Assembly: GCA_002498525.1 (NCBI GenBank) | Contig: DAHR01000013.1 | Location: 131,809 to 194,213, forward strand | Origin: Euryarchaeota archaeon UBA58 | Lineage (GTDB): Archaea; Thermoplasmatota; Poseidoniia; Poseidoniales; Thalassarchaeaceae | Direction: 5' to 3' | DNA length: 62,405 nucleotides | Shown here: positions 1 to 9,000 of the stretch, in pieces | Numbering within the stretch: position 1 is the stretch's first letter | Layout: each line of letters begins with the position of its first letter | The notes under the pieces: model-generated | What the model saw: only the letters and a program-made list of their open reading frames with translations | The model's database searches: none | What the model was told of the DNA's origin: nothing | Made by a program: the position numbers and the translations under genes

Positions 1-180
1 GTTTTGGCTGGAGTCCTGATGAAGGAAGCACTGATGGCTTACACATCCGGACGCTGGGATACAATGCGCCACCCGCAAGGAGAAGCTGAACACCCGACGT
101 TCCGAAACGCAGGGCCTGAAATACTTGAGGTCGTCAACCAGAAACTGGCTGACCAGACCTATGCGCACTACATTGACTGA
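1..180 (+). CDS. 3' end of an upstream ORF (last 59 codons, product unknown)
   Basis: Frame 1 is open from the window edge to TGA at 178-180 (...EILEVVNQKLADQTYAHYID*). A GGAGGA Shine-Dalgarno-like element follows, just before the next ATG. No recognisable motif. Confidence 0.3.
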   Translation, partial: VLAGVLMKEALMAYTSGRWDTMRHPQGEAEHPTFRNAGPEILEVVNQKLADQTYAHYID

Positions 181-192
181 GGAGGAAAACGC

Positions 193-990
193 ATGACAGA
201 CCTACTGAATGAAAACTTTCCATACGCCGATAACATACTCGCTGGCCGAACCGCACTGGTTTGTGGAGCATCGAAAGGAATTGGTCGGGCGAGCGCTCTG
301 ATGCTGGCTCGCGCGGGCGCTCGCGTCATCGCTTGCGCCCGATCAGCAGAAGTTCTCGATGAATTGATCGGCGAATTGCATGGCTCTGGCCATGAAGCAT
401 TAGTGCTTGATTTGGAGGATGTCGAGGCCGTTCGAGAAACTGTACTCGGCCTCGGAGTCGTCGAGATTGTCATCAATAATGCAGGCGGGCCGCCCGGAGG
501 ACCGCTGTTGGGCAATAATTTGGATGAGTTCGAAGGCCCATTTGCCCGTCACCTGCACGCTGCACACACGATTGCACAGATTCTTGCGCCTCGGATGGCA
601 ACTGTTGGATATGGTCGAATAGTCAACATCATTTCGACCTCGGTTCGCGAACCGATCGACAATATTGGCTTGTCCAATACACTGCGTGGTGCCATGGCTT
701 CGTGGTCGAAATCTCTCTCCCGCGAACTCGATCCTTGTGTGACCATCAACAATATCATGCCTGGATTCACCGATACCGACCGCCTTGGCTCTCTGGCAGG
801 CTCGATTTCTGAGCGAACCGGCAAAACTGTCGATGAAGTTCGCAAGGAATGGATGGATTCTGTGCCGATTCAGCGGCTGGTCGACCCGATGGAGACCGCG
901 GCCGCTGTCACATTCCTCTGCTTGCCGAGCTCTGGAGCCATCCGTGGGGTCAGTCTTGCCGTCGACGGTGGCAGAATGAGGTCAATCTGA
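193..990 (+). CDS. Short-chain dehydrogenase/reductase, beta-ketoacyl reductase-like subgroup
   Basis: Rossmann motif VCGASKGIGRA, then NNAGG, and a C-terminal PGFTDTDR as in FabG-like SDRs. The position where YxxxK is expected reads LSNTLRG. Confidence 0.85.
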   Translation: MTDLLNENFPYADNILAGRTALVCGASKGIGRASALMLARAGARVIACARSAEVLDELIGELHGSGHEALVLDLEDVEAVRETVLGLGVVEIVINNAGGPPGGPLLGNNLDEFEGPFARHLHAAHTIAQILAPRMATVGYGRIVNIISTSVREPIDNIGLSNTLRGAMASWSKSLSRELDPCVTINNIMPGFTDTDRLGSLAGSISERTGKTVDEVRKEWMDSVPIQRLVDPMETAAAVTFLCLPSSGAIRGVSLAVDGGRMRSI

Positions 991-2247
991 TTGGTGATGC
1001 GCTTGCGCTTCGACATCTTCTTCTCGATTTCGCAGACGCCGGACACCTCCGGTCACACTCCGTCTGAAAGTGAGATGTTCTCGAATTTCCTCGATCAGGC
1101 TGAGAAGGCTGACGAACTCGGATTCGGTGTTGGTTGGGTTGCGCAGGCACACTTGTCGACCGAGGTGCAAAAGGGCAACTCGAAGCCTGTCGTGCCGCAT
1201 TATCCGGGTGAGGTCGGGCTCTGCACCGATTTCTTCCAGGTCGCTCAGAAGATGTTCGCGCGCACGAAGAGGATGGAAGTCGGCAGCGCTGTGATGTCGA
1301 TTCTCGCTTCGGGAGGACCTATCGCTCAGGCAGAGCGAGTCGGCTCTTTCCTCGCCCTCCACGGACTCGACCAGAATGAGTCTCGAAAACTCCACATCGG
1401 CTTCTCGGCCGGTCGCTTCGAATTCATGGCCCGGCCGTACGGAATCGTCCCTCGTGACATCGTCGAAGAGGCATCATGGCCAGCGCTTCGCGGGCAGATT
1501 TTCTACGAAGCATCGGAAATCTTCCTACGACTTCTGAATGGCGAGACGATCTCGACCGAGATGATCCGCGACACCACCATGACCCGCGACCACTTCCGCT
1601 CTGAGGCGGATTGGCAAGCCGTGCAGGCAGCAGCTGTCGAGTTGCACGGCTTGGACGCGCCGCCAGAATCGATTGAAATCGCGCCGCGTTATAACTTCGA
1701 AGAAATCAAGACGATTCCACAGGAATGGCGCCGAGATCTGCTGAATTTAGTCATCGGCAGCCACGACCCGACACTGCAGATGGAGGTCAACAGATGGCGG
1801 CCGGTGCAGGTGTTCAACCTCTCAATCACCCCCCCGCACATCATCGATGCGACGCACGAACGCATGGCTGAGACCTACCACGCCGACGGTGGTGCATGGA
1901 CCCGCTCAATGATGCCACGAACGGTCATGGTCTTCGTCAACGATGAGGAAGGGCTGACTGCAGAAGAGCGCAGCGCGGCTGCAAGATCGGAAGCGAATGC
2001 CGCGCTGACAACCTACTGGAATGCATTGGAAGGAACGCTTGACCCAGCGAAGGTCGAGAAAGCAGCAGACAATGCGGTGATTGGCAATGTCGAGGAGGTG
2101 GCGGCACAGATTCGTGAGCGTTTCCACCCCGATGACCGGCTGATGTGCTGGTTCGATTTCTTCAATCACGATTCGGCGAGAGTCCAGAGAAACATGGACG
2201 CATTCATGAATTCGGTGGTTCCGCGAGTGAACGGAGGCGATGAGTGA
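991..2247 (+). CDS. Luciferase-like (LLM) flavin/F420-dependent oxidoreductase, family-level call only
   Basis: N-terminal LRFDIFFS... strand, ELGFGVGWVAQAHL segment and a size of 418 aa are typical of LLM-class proteins. It abuts the SDR stop codon (990/991). The start codon (TTG 991, GTG 994 or ATG 997) is uncertain. Confidence 0.65.
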   Translation: MVMRLRFDIFFSISQTPDTSGHTPSESEMFSNFLDQAEKADELGFGVGWVAQAHLSTEVQKGNSKPVVPHYPGEVGLCTDFFQVAQKMFARTKRMEVGSAVMSILASGGPIAQAERVGSFLALHGLDQNESRKLHIGFSAGRFEFMARPYGIVPRDIVEEASWPALRGQIFYEASEIFLRLLNGETISTEMIRDTTMTRDHFRSEADWQAVQAAAVELHGLDAPPESIEIAPRYNFEEIKTIPQEWRRDLLNLVIGSHDPTLQMEVNRWRPVQVFNLSITPPHIIDATHERMAETYHADGGAWTRSMMPRTVMVFVNDEEGLTAEERSAAARSEANAALTTYWNALEGTLDPAKVEKAADNAVIGNVEEVAAQIRERFHPDDRLMCWFDFFNHDSARVQRNMDAFMNSVVPRVNGGDE

Positions 2248-3425
2248 TGAGCGCGCGCAGGACCGAACAACCATCGAGCGTCTCGCCGGGTCGTCCAGGC
2301 TCGGCGATTTTCCCAACAAATCCACTCGGAGAGCAGCACGAAGGCATCGCCACCGGCCGCGATGTGGAATGGGAGCCACTGGTAGATTTCCGCCGAATGG
2401 ACGTCTCAGAAAATACCATCCACGGCGCCATCGCTTGGGCGCATGGCGACGAGATAATCCACTCATTCGGTGGCAATGTCCTCGTCTACGGCCGCTCGAT
2501 GATGAAGCCGCTGATGATGAAGCCTTTCACCGAGGCCCTCGATGGCGAACTCGACTGGACACAGAAAGCCATCGCCTGCTCCTCACACAACGGTGATACC
2601 GAACACGTAGCAGCCGCCCAGTCACTGCTTTCAGAATCGGAATGGGGATTGATGCAATGCCCATTGGACGTTCCATTGATCCAATTCGGCCGCCAGGTCC
2701 GACGACCTCGCAGATGGTTCCACACCTGCTCGGGAGAACACGCTGCAATCCTCAAGGCGATGCGAGTGCTGGGTATGAACCGAGCCGGCTACACCCTGCC
2801 GAGCTCGCCTTGGTTCCCGATGTACTTGGACACATTACGCGAATACATGCACAAGCCGGACTGGCAACCACTTCGCGTAGCAAAGGACGGCTGCGGCTTC
2901 CCGACCGTCTCCAACACGGTCGACGAACTCGCAGTGATGTTCGCAGGTCTCGCAACCCACCGCGACAAAGACTGGATCTGGGAAGCGATGAACCGCCACC
3001 CAGACCTGATCGGCGGATTCAATCGACTCGACTCGACCTGCCTCAAAGCAGGAGATGGAAAACTGATCGCGAAAGAAGGGGCGGATGGTCTGATGGGATT
3101 GGCCATCGATCATCCGGATTGGCCCAAGGGCCTAGGCATAGTAATCAAGATCGCACACGGCTGGAATTCTCAGGCGACATGGTACGTCGCACGCGCGGTG
3201 TTGGGCGTTTTGGGGATTCAACTTCGCAACCCTTACCCACTGCACCGACAGAAGGCGTTCATCGTTCCCGGAATCGTCCCGGAGCAATACCAGAGTGCGC
3301 TTGAAGAAGTCGTCACATGGGATGAATGGGACCCTGACCGCGACCGCTTCACCCTCGATTGGAAGAAATACACTGCGGCCTCGACGCGCCCAAATCCGTT
3401 CAGCAATGAGGGCTTGGAGGGGTGA
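2244..3425 (+). CDS. Asparaginase_II (PF06089-type) family protein
   Basis: Ordered motifs match the Rhizobium-type asparaginase II family: RSMMKP, CSSHNGDTEH, TCSGEHAA, KDGCGFPT, AKEGADG, GIVIKIAHG. The start overlaps the previous stop (GTGATGA). Confidence 0.75.
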   Translation: MMSARRTEQPSSVSPGRPGSAIFPTNPLGEQHEGIATGRDVEWEPLVDFRRMDVSENTIHGAIAWAHGDEIIHSFGGNVLVYGRSMMKPLMMKPFTEALDGELDWTQKAIACSSHNGDTEHVAAAQSLLSESEWGLMQCPLDVPLIQFGRQVRRPRRWFHTCSGEHAAILKAMRVLGMNRAGYTLPSSPWFPMYLDTLREYMHKPDWQPLRVAKDGCGFPTVSNTVDELAVMFAGLATHRDKDWIWEAMNRHPDLIGGFNRLDSTCLKAGDGKLIAKEGADGLMGLAIDHPDWPKGLGIVIKIAHGWNSQATWYVARAVLGVLGIQLRNPYPLHRQKAFIVPGIVPEQYQSALEEVVTWDEWDPDRDRFTLDWKKYTAASTRPNPFSNEGLEG

Positions 3426-3426
3426 G

Positions 3427-4932
3427 ATGGACCCCGATGAGTGCTGTGATTCTGGCTGCGTTCCTTGTGAGCGGGACCGCGATGGAGTGGCGCCGCTCGA
3501 CCTCGAGAATTACATCGGTGGGAAATTCGTTTCGCACTCGAATGATGATTGGCTGAATGTGCTTGAACCCGCGACTGGCTACCGCTTCGCGCGGGTTCCA
3601 TTGTCTGAACCGAAGGATGTCGACACTGCTGTGGCCGCTGCACGGGCGGCACAGCCGGATTGGGGGGCGCTCTCCCATGCTGAAAGGGCTGATTGGTTGG
3701 ACAGAATCGCCGATGCTCTGGAGGCGAAATACGAGGAAATAGCCACGCTTGAAAGCCAGGACACCGGCAAACCGATCTCACTCGCGCGAGAGGTTGATGC
3801 TCATCGTTCTGTGACCAACTTCCGCTTCTTCGCCGGCCTCATCCGCGAGCATGTCGAAGAACAGTTCGAGATGGCCGACGCCACCAATATCGTCATCTCG
3901 AAACCCGTCGGCGTCGCCGCTCTGATCACCCCGTGGAATCTTCCGCTCTACTTGCTGTCGTGGAAAGTCGCACCAGCAATCGGCATGGGAAATACGGTTG
4001 TCTGCAAACCCTCCGAGTTGACGCCGATGACAGCGAATCTTCTGATGGAGACCCTTCACGAAATCGGACTCCCTGCAGGTGTCGTCAACCTCGTCCACGG
4101 CAGCGGAGAGGGGGCAGGCGCACCGCTCACCTCCCACCCCGATGTCGACCTTGTCTCCTTCACCGGCGGAACTGCTACTGGAGCCAAGGTCGCTGAAGCC
4201 GCCGCGCCGCAATTCAAGAAACTCAGTCTCGAGCTCGGCGGCAAGAATGCAACCATCGTCTTCGACGATTGCGACATTGAGAAGACCGTGAATGGAGTGG
4301 CTAGGGCAGGCTTCTTGAATTCGGGACAGGTCTGCCTGTGCGGCAGCAGGATACTGATTCAAGAGACGATTTACGACGAATTCGTGGGAAAATTCGTCGA
4401 TGCTGTGAAGTCGATGAAAATCGGCGACCCGAGCGATGAGGCGACCGAACTCGGGGCGCTGATATCCGCTGAACACCTCGAAAAAGTTGAGTCGTATGTG
4501 GCATTGGCGGGCGAAGAAGGTGGTACGCTTCTGACTGGTGGAAATCCAGCCATGGCAGGGGAGTTCGAGCATGGAAACTGGCTCGCTCCGACAATTATAG
4601 CCGACCTGTCAACTGATTCACGCTGCTCGAGGGAGGAGATCTTCGGGCCTGTCGTAACCCTGCACAAATTCGAATCAGAGGATGAGGCCGTAGCGATTGC
4701 AAACGGAACTGACTACGGCTTGGCTGGAAGCGTATGGACCGGCGACCTCGCGAAGGGACAGAGGGTCGCTGAGAAAATTCACACCGGAATGGTCTGGATC
4801 AATACCTGGCTGCACCGAGATCTTCGCGTTCCGTTCGGTGGAGTGAAGAACAGCGGCGTTGGCAGAGAGGGTGGCCGCTGGAGTTTGGGATTCTTCTCAG
4901 AACCTCTCAACATCTGCCTCAAACACGACTGA
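3427..4932 (+). CDS. NAD(P)-dependent aldehyde dehydrogenase (hydroxymuconic-semialdehyde/ALDH8-like) with an N-terminal CC-x-SGC-x2-C motif
   Basis: ELGGKN, catalytic GQVCLCGSR, EEIFGPV and NFRFFAG motifs. ATG 3427 lies 1 nt after the preceding stop, so the longer 3295 start in the ORF track overlaps the upstream gene and is unlikely. Confidence 0.9.
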   Translation: MDPDECCDSGCVPCERDRDGVAPLDLENYIGGKFVSHSNDDWLNVLEPATGYRFARVPLSEPKDVDTAVAAARAAQPDWGALSHAERADWLDRIADALEAKYEEIATLESQDTGKPISLAREVDAHRSVTNFRFFAGLIREHVEEQFEMADATNIVISKPVGVAALITPWNLPLYLLSWKVAPAIGMGNTVVCKPSELTPMTANLLMETLHEIGLPAGVVNLVHGSGEGAGAPLTSHPDVDLVSFTGGTATGAKVAEAAAPQFKKLSLELGGKNATIVFDDCDIEKTVNGVARAGFLNSGQVCLCGSRILIQETIYDEFVGKFVDAVKSMKIGDPSDEATELGALISAEHLEKVESYVALAGEEGGTLLTGGNPAMAGEFEHGNWLAPTIIADLSTDSRCSREEIFGPVVTLHKFESEDEAVAIANGTDYGLAGSVWTGDLAKGQRVAEKIHTGMVWINTWLHRDLRVPFGGVKNSGVGREGGRWSLGFFSEPLNICLKHD

Positions 4933-4978
4933 TGGGTTAAGTCTGAAAGAGAGATGCGCCCGCGATGGGCGTGAGAAG

Positions 4979-5959
4979 ATGGCTTCAGTCGGCATCATCG
5001 GACTTGGCGCGTATGTGCCACCGCACGAGATGAGCAATGAGGATTGGGCCGAAATCGTCGAGACGAATGACGAGTGGATAACCACGAAGACCGGCATGAA
5101 GAAGCGACGGATCGCCGACAAGAACACGCACACTTCGGACTTGGCTGTAGAGGCTTGCAAGCGCGCGCTCGACGACGCTGGATTGGTCGCTTCGGACATC
5201 GACCTGTTGATTCTCGCTACCTCTTCTCCGGACGTCCCACTCTCCTCCACTGCAGGCATAGTTCAGCACAAGTTGGGCTGCGTTGATTGCGGCGCATTCG
5301 ACATCAATGCCGTCTGCGCCGGCTGGGTTCATGCATTGGATGTGGGTACTCGCTATGTTGGCACTCCGGGCTACGACAAAGTTCTGGTTGTCGGCTCCGA
5401 AATCTATTCACGGATTTTGAATTGGCAGGATCGTACGACTTGCGTTCTGTTCGGTGATGGCGCAGGGGCTGCTGTGTTGGGTGAAGTGCCCGAGGGCAAA
5501 GGGGTTCTCGGCACCTGGCTGATGAGTGATGGTAGCGGTGCCGATGTCATCGTGATACCTGCTGGTGGTGTTCGGACTCCGATTCCAAGCGAGGGCTTCG
5601 AGGAGGGCATGCAATACTTCCACATGGACGGACCAGCGGTCTGGGAATTCGCAATCGAAGCCTTTCCACAGGCTGTTCACGGAGCTCTTGCACGGGTCGA
5701 CAAGACCATCGAGGACGTCGATTTCGTTATTGCTCATCAGGCCAACATCAATATCATCAAGACCGGCATGGAGAAGCTCGGTCTGCCGATGTCAAAGACT
5801 TTCACAAACTTGCACAAATACGGCAACACCGCCGGTGCGAGTGTGCCGATCGCGATGCGCGAAGCGATGGATAACGGCTTGATCAAAGAGGGTGATTTAG
5901 TCGTAACCGCCGCCTTCGGTGGCGGCCTCGCTTGGGGAGCAAACGTCATCCAATTCTGA
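4979..5959 (+). CDS. 3-oxoacyl-ACP synthase III (KAS III, FabH-like)
   Basis: Catalytic triad contexts are present: NAVCAGWVHAL (Cys), AHQANINII (His), GNTAGASVP (Asn). The start is placed at MASVGIIGLGAYVP, downstream of the ALDH stop. Confidence 0.85.
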   Translation: MASVGIIGLGAYVPPHEMSNEDWAEIVETNDEWITTKTGMKKRRIADKNTHTSDLAVEACKRALDDAGLVASDIDLLILATSSPDVPLSSTAGIVQHKLGCVDCGAFDINAVCAGWVHALDVGTRYVGTPGYDKVLVVGSEIYSRILNWQDRTTCVLFGDGAGAAVLGEVPEGKGVLGTWLMSDGSGADVIVIPAGGVRTPIPSEGFEEGMQYFHMDGPAVWEFAIEAFPQAVHGALARVDKTIEDVDFVIAHQANINIIKTGMEKLGLPMSKTFTNLHKYGNTAGASVPIAMREAMDNGLIKEGDLVVTAAFGGGLAWGANVIQF

Positions 5960-6058
5960 ATGACCAACGTCACCATCCGTACAACCGTTGAGGCGTTCCG
6001 GAGCGTATATTGCAGCGTTTGTGTGGGAAGCCGTCGAGCAGACAACGGCCATGGCCGG

Positions 6059-9000
6059 TCACTGCTCGAACGGCTCCCAAGCTCCGGTTAATTCGTTGTG
6101 TCGAAGCAGGGAGCCATCGGGATTCTGCACCCAGACGTTTCCATCCGCGCCGCGCCAGACCTTCTGTCCGTGCTCGTTAATCTGAGCATCAGCCGGCGCT
6201 TCGATGAGAGGCGCTGGTGGTGGAGCGGTCTCGAGCAGAGCGCCGAGGTCGAACTCGCCCACGTCGGACTTCTCGGCCGGCTCTTCAACCGGTTCTTCGA
6301 TTGGTTCGTCGGTCTCCTCTTCCAATTCCTCTGTGACCTCAGTGTCCTCTGTGGTTTCAGATTCAGGCTCGACTTCCCCAGCATCGATCTCCTCGGTCTC
6401 CGGTTCTGGCTCAGCCTCGGCTTGTGAAGACTCCAGATCATACATCGAGGGCGCCGAATCGAATTCGTCGTCTTCCACCTCGGCCTCTTCTGGCTCGATC
6501 GCCGCCTCGATCTCCATCTCCTCAACGGAATCGAAATCGTGGTCCCGGTCGGCCAATTCGACCTCTGCGGTAGCGTCGGCGGTCACCGGAATGGAAACCC
6601 CGCCGATCTCCATCATCTCGGCATCTTCGTCCTCAGGTCCGTCGGCCCGCGCTCGACCCATCTTGATGCTGAATCCGACCATTCCAAGCACGGCCAGGGC
6701 GATGACGAGATGGAACATTGCCTGAGAATAAGTCTGGTAATATCGAATCGTCGGGAATTTGTCGCTGTTGTCGCCGACGCCGTCACCGTCCGTGTCGAGC
6801 CATTCGCTCGAGTCCTTGGGGAATGCGTCGATGCTGTCGTTGTAGCCGTCTCCATCGCCGTCTGCGATCAGTGGATTGAGTCCGAGTTTGAGTTCTTCAG
6901 CGTCTGGGATACCATCACCATCGTCGTCTGTATCCGCGTTATCTCCGATTCCATCACCGTCGGTGTCGAGCCATTCTGTTGGGTCGAGAGGGAATTCATC
7001 GTCTTCGTCGAGATAGCCGTCGTTGTCGTCGTCGTCATCCTCATCGGCATCTCGGCAACCGTCTGCGTCGTTGTCAATCGCCGGCGTGCTGGTCCAGCCC
7101 ATCACGCCGAAATCACACATATCCATGCCATCGTCGATGCCGTCCCCGTCATCGTCACGGTCGAGGAAGTCAGGTATCCTGTCGCGGTCCGTGTCGGTGT
7201 GGCAGTCGCTGAGGCTGCTCGTTCCTTCCAGCATGGTCATCTGTTCGTTGGGGCAGGGTATCGCTTCTGTCGCGCCCGTCTGCTCGATGTAATGATCGAT
7301 GGGCGCGGGAGTCTGCGAAATCGCTGCTGAAGTGTTGGTGAAGTATCCGGGGTCTGCCGCTTTGCAGGCGGTCTGTCCGCGCTCGTTCTGGTATTCTCCA
7401 GGCTCGCACGGCGTCTGTGCTGGTGCGGCTTCGGATTCGACTGAGTAACCGGGATCGGCCTCTTCGCAGGCCGTGGCTGAGACCGACTCTGTGTTCGGAT
7501 TGTAACTGCCCGGTGCGCATAGAGTCTGCACCAATGCGCCCATCGAATCGACGTAATGACCGGTGTCAGCTGTCAGGCACCAAGCCCAGCCGCTGTTAGG
7601 CTGGTAGGTTCCCAAGGCGCATTGTGTCTGCAGGCCCGAGCCCGCGTTGGCGACGTAATTTCCGGGCTGAGCCTGAATGCAATCGTTCGCCGAAGTCGAT
7701 CCCCGCGCCGGATTGAAGGTGCCGGCGAGACAGGGCTTCTGGGCCGAGGCGAAGTGGGTATCGACATAGTGTCCAGGAGCCGCTTCGAAGCACTCTGTCC
7801 CCGCTCTCGACCCTTGATAGGAGCCCATCGTGCAGCCTATCTGGCCGGTCGCGCCCTCAGCCGGGACGTGGTAACCGAAGTCGGCGTCGATGCAACTGGT
7901 GCTGGCTGGCGCCGGCTGATATGTTCCAGCGGGACACGGCGTCTGGTAGCTCGAACCAGCATCTTCGACGAAGTTTCCAGCCTCGGCGGTGACGCAGTCT
8001 GAAGGGCTGGTCGAGCCGCTGTTCGGATTGTAAGTGCCGGCGCTGCACGGCGTCTGTGCCGTCGCAGCGCCATTCTCGACATAATATCCGGGCTCAGCGA
8101 CATTGCAACTGATCTGCCCTGCAAGATCCTGCCAGTTGCCAGCCTCGCAAGGATGCTGCTGCATCGAGGCTGCCGAATTGACATAATATCCAGGTGAGGC
8201 TGAATCGCAGGTAATCTGCCCTTGATTCGCAGCATAACTGCCGAGCGCGCAGGGAGTCTGCGCGATCGAACCCGTCAGCGGAACATAATAGCCCATATCC
8301 GCAAGCATGCAATCGTCAGCATTGTCCGCCCCGGCATAGGGGTTGTACGAACCCGCAGAACAAGCGATCTGCGCCGTCGCGGCCTGAGTATCGACGTAAT
8401 TCCCGGGGTCCGCGATTAAGCAGCTGTCCGCCCCGATCGCCGGTTGATAGGTTCCCGGTTCGCATGGGAATTGCCTGTCGGAGGCGGTGGAGTTGACGTA
8501 GTAACCAGGGGAGGCTGATTCGCATTTGTCTTGGCCTGTGGCAGATTGGTATGTTCCTACTGCACACTCATACTGCTGAGTCGATGCCGTCGTGGGAACA
8601 TAATGTCCGGCGGCCGCGTTCAAGCATCCCGATTGGCCGGAATAGGGCTGGTAAGTGCCGACTGAACATGCGGTCTGGTTCGTCGAGCCGGTCGAACCGA
8701 CGTAATAGCCGGGCTGGGCATTGAGACACGAACTCTGGCCGATGTAGGGTTGGTAGGTGCCGAGTTCGCAAGCGGTCTGATTGGCTGAAGCCGGGTTCGC
8801 GACATAATATCCAGCGTTGGCCGAGAAGCAGGAAGTTTGAGCGTATGCCGGTTGATAGGATCCGGCGGAGCATTGGGCTTGGAAGGTCGCGCCGCTGACG
8901 TTGACGAAGTAGCCGGGAGCGGCTGGAGTCTGCATCGTCGCTGCAGTCGAGCCGACGTAATAGCCGATGGCCGCGACCATGCAGGTCGTGGCTCCGGTGT

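Noticed and set aside
3295-3426. Longer N-terminal extensions offered by the ORF track (ALDH from 3295, KAS III from 4859, M23 from 19267, 44748 ORF, aroD from 46868, DtxR from 31903, ccmAB from 24744)
   Set aside because: Each extension overlaps the preceding well-supported gene or encodes Arg-rich low-complexity sequence. An internal ATG, GTG or TTG with a GGAGG-like element sits just after the upstream stop.
6046-6057. 12-bp palindrome CGGCCATGGCCG between convergent genes, as a possible bidirectional terminator
   Set aside because: It would form at most a 4-bp stem with a 4-nt loop, and no adjacent T tract is present. It is probably fortuitous (it contains an NcoI-like CCATGG core).
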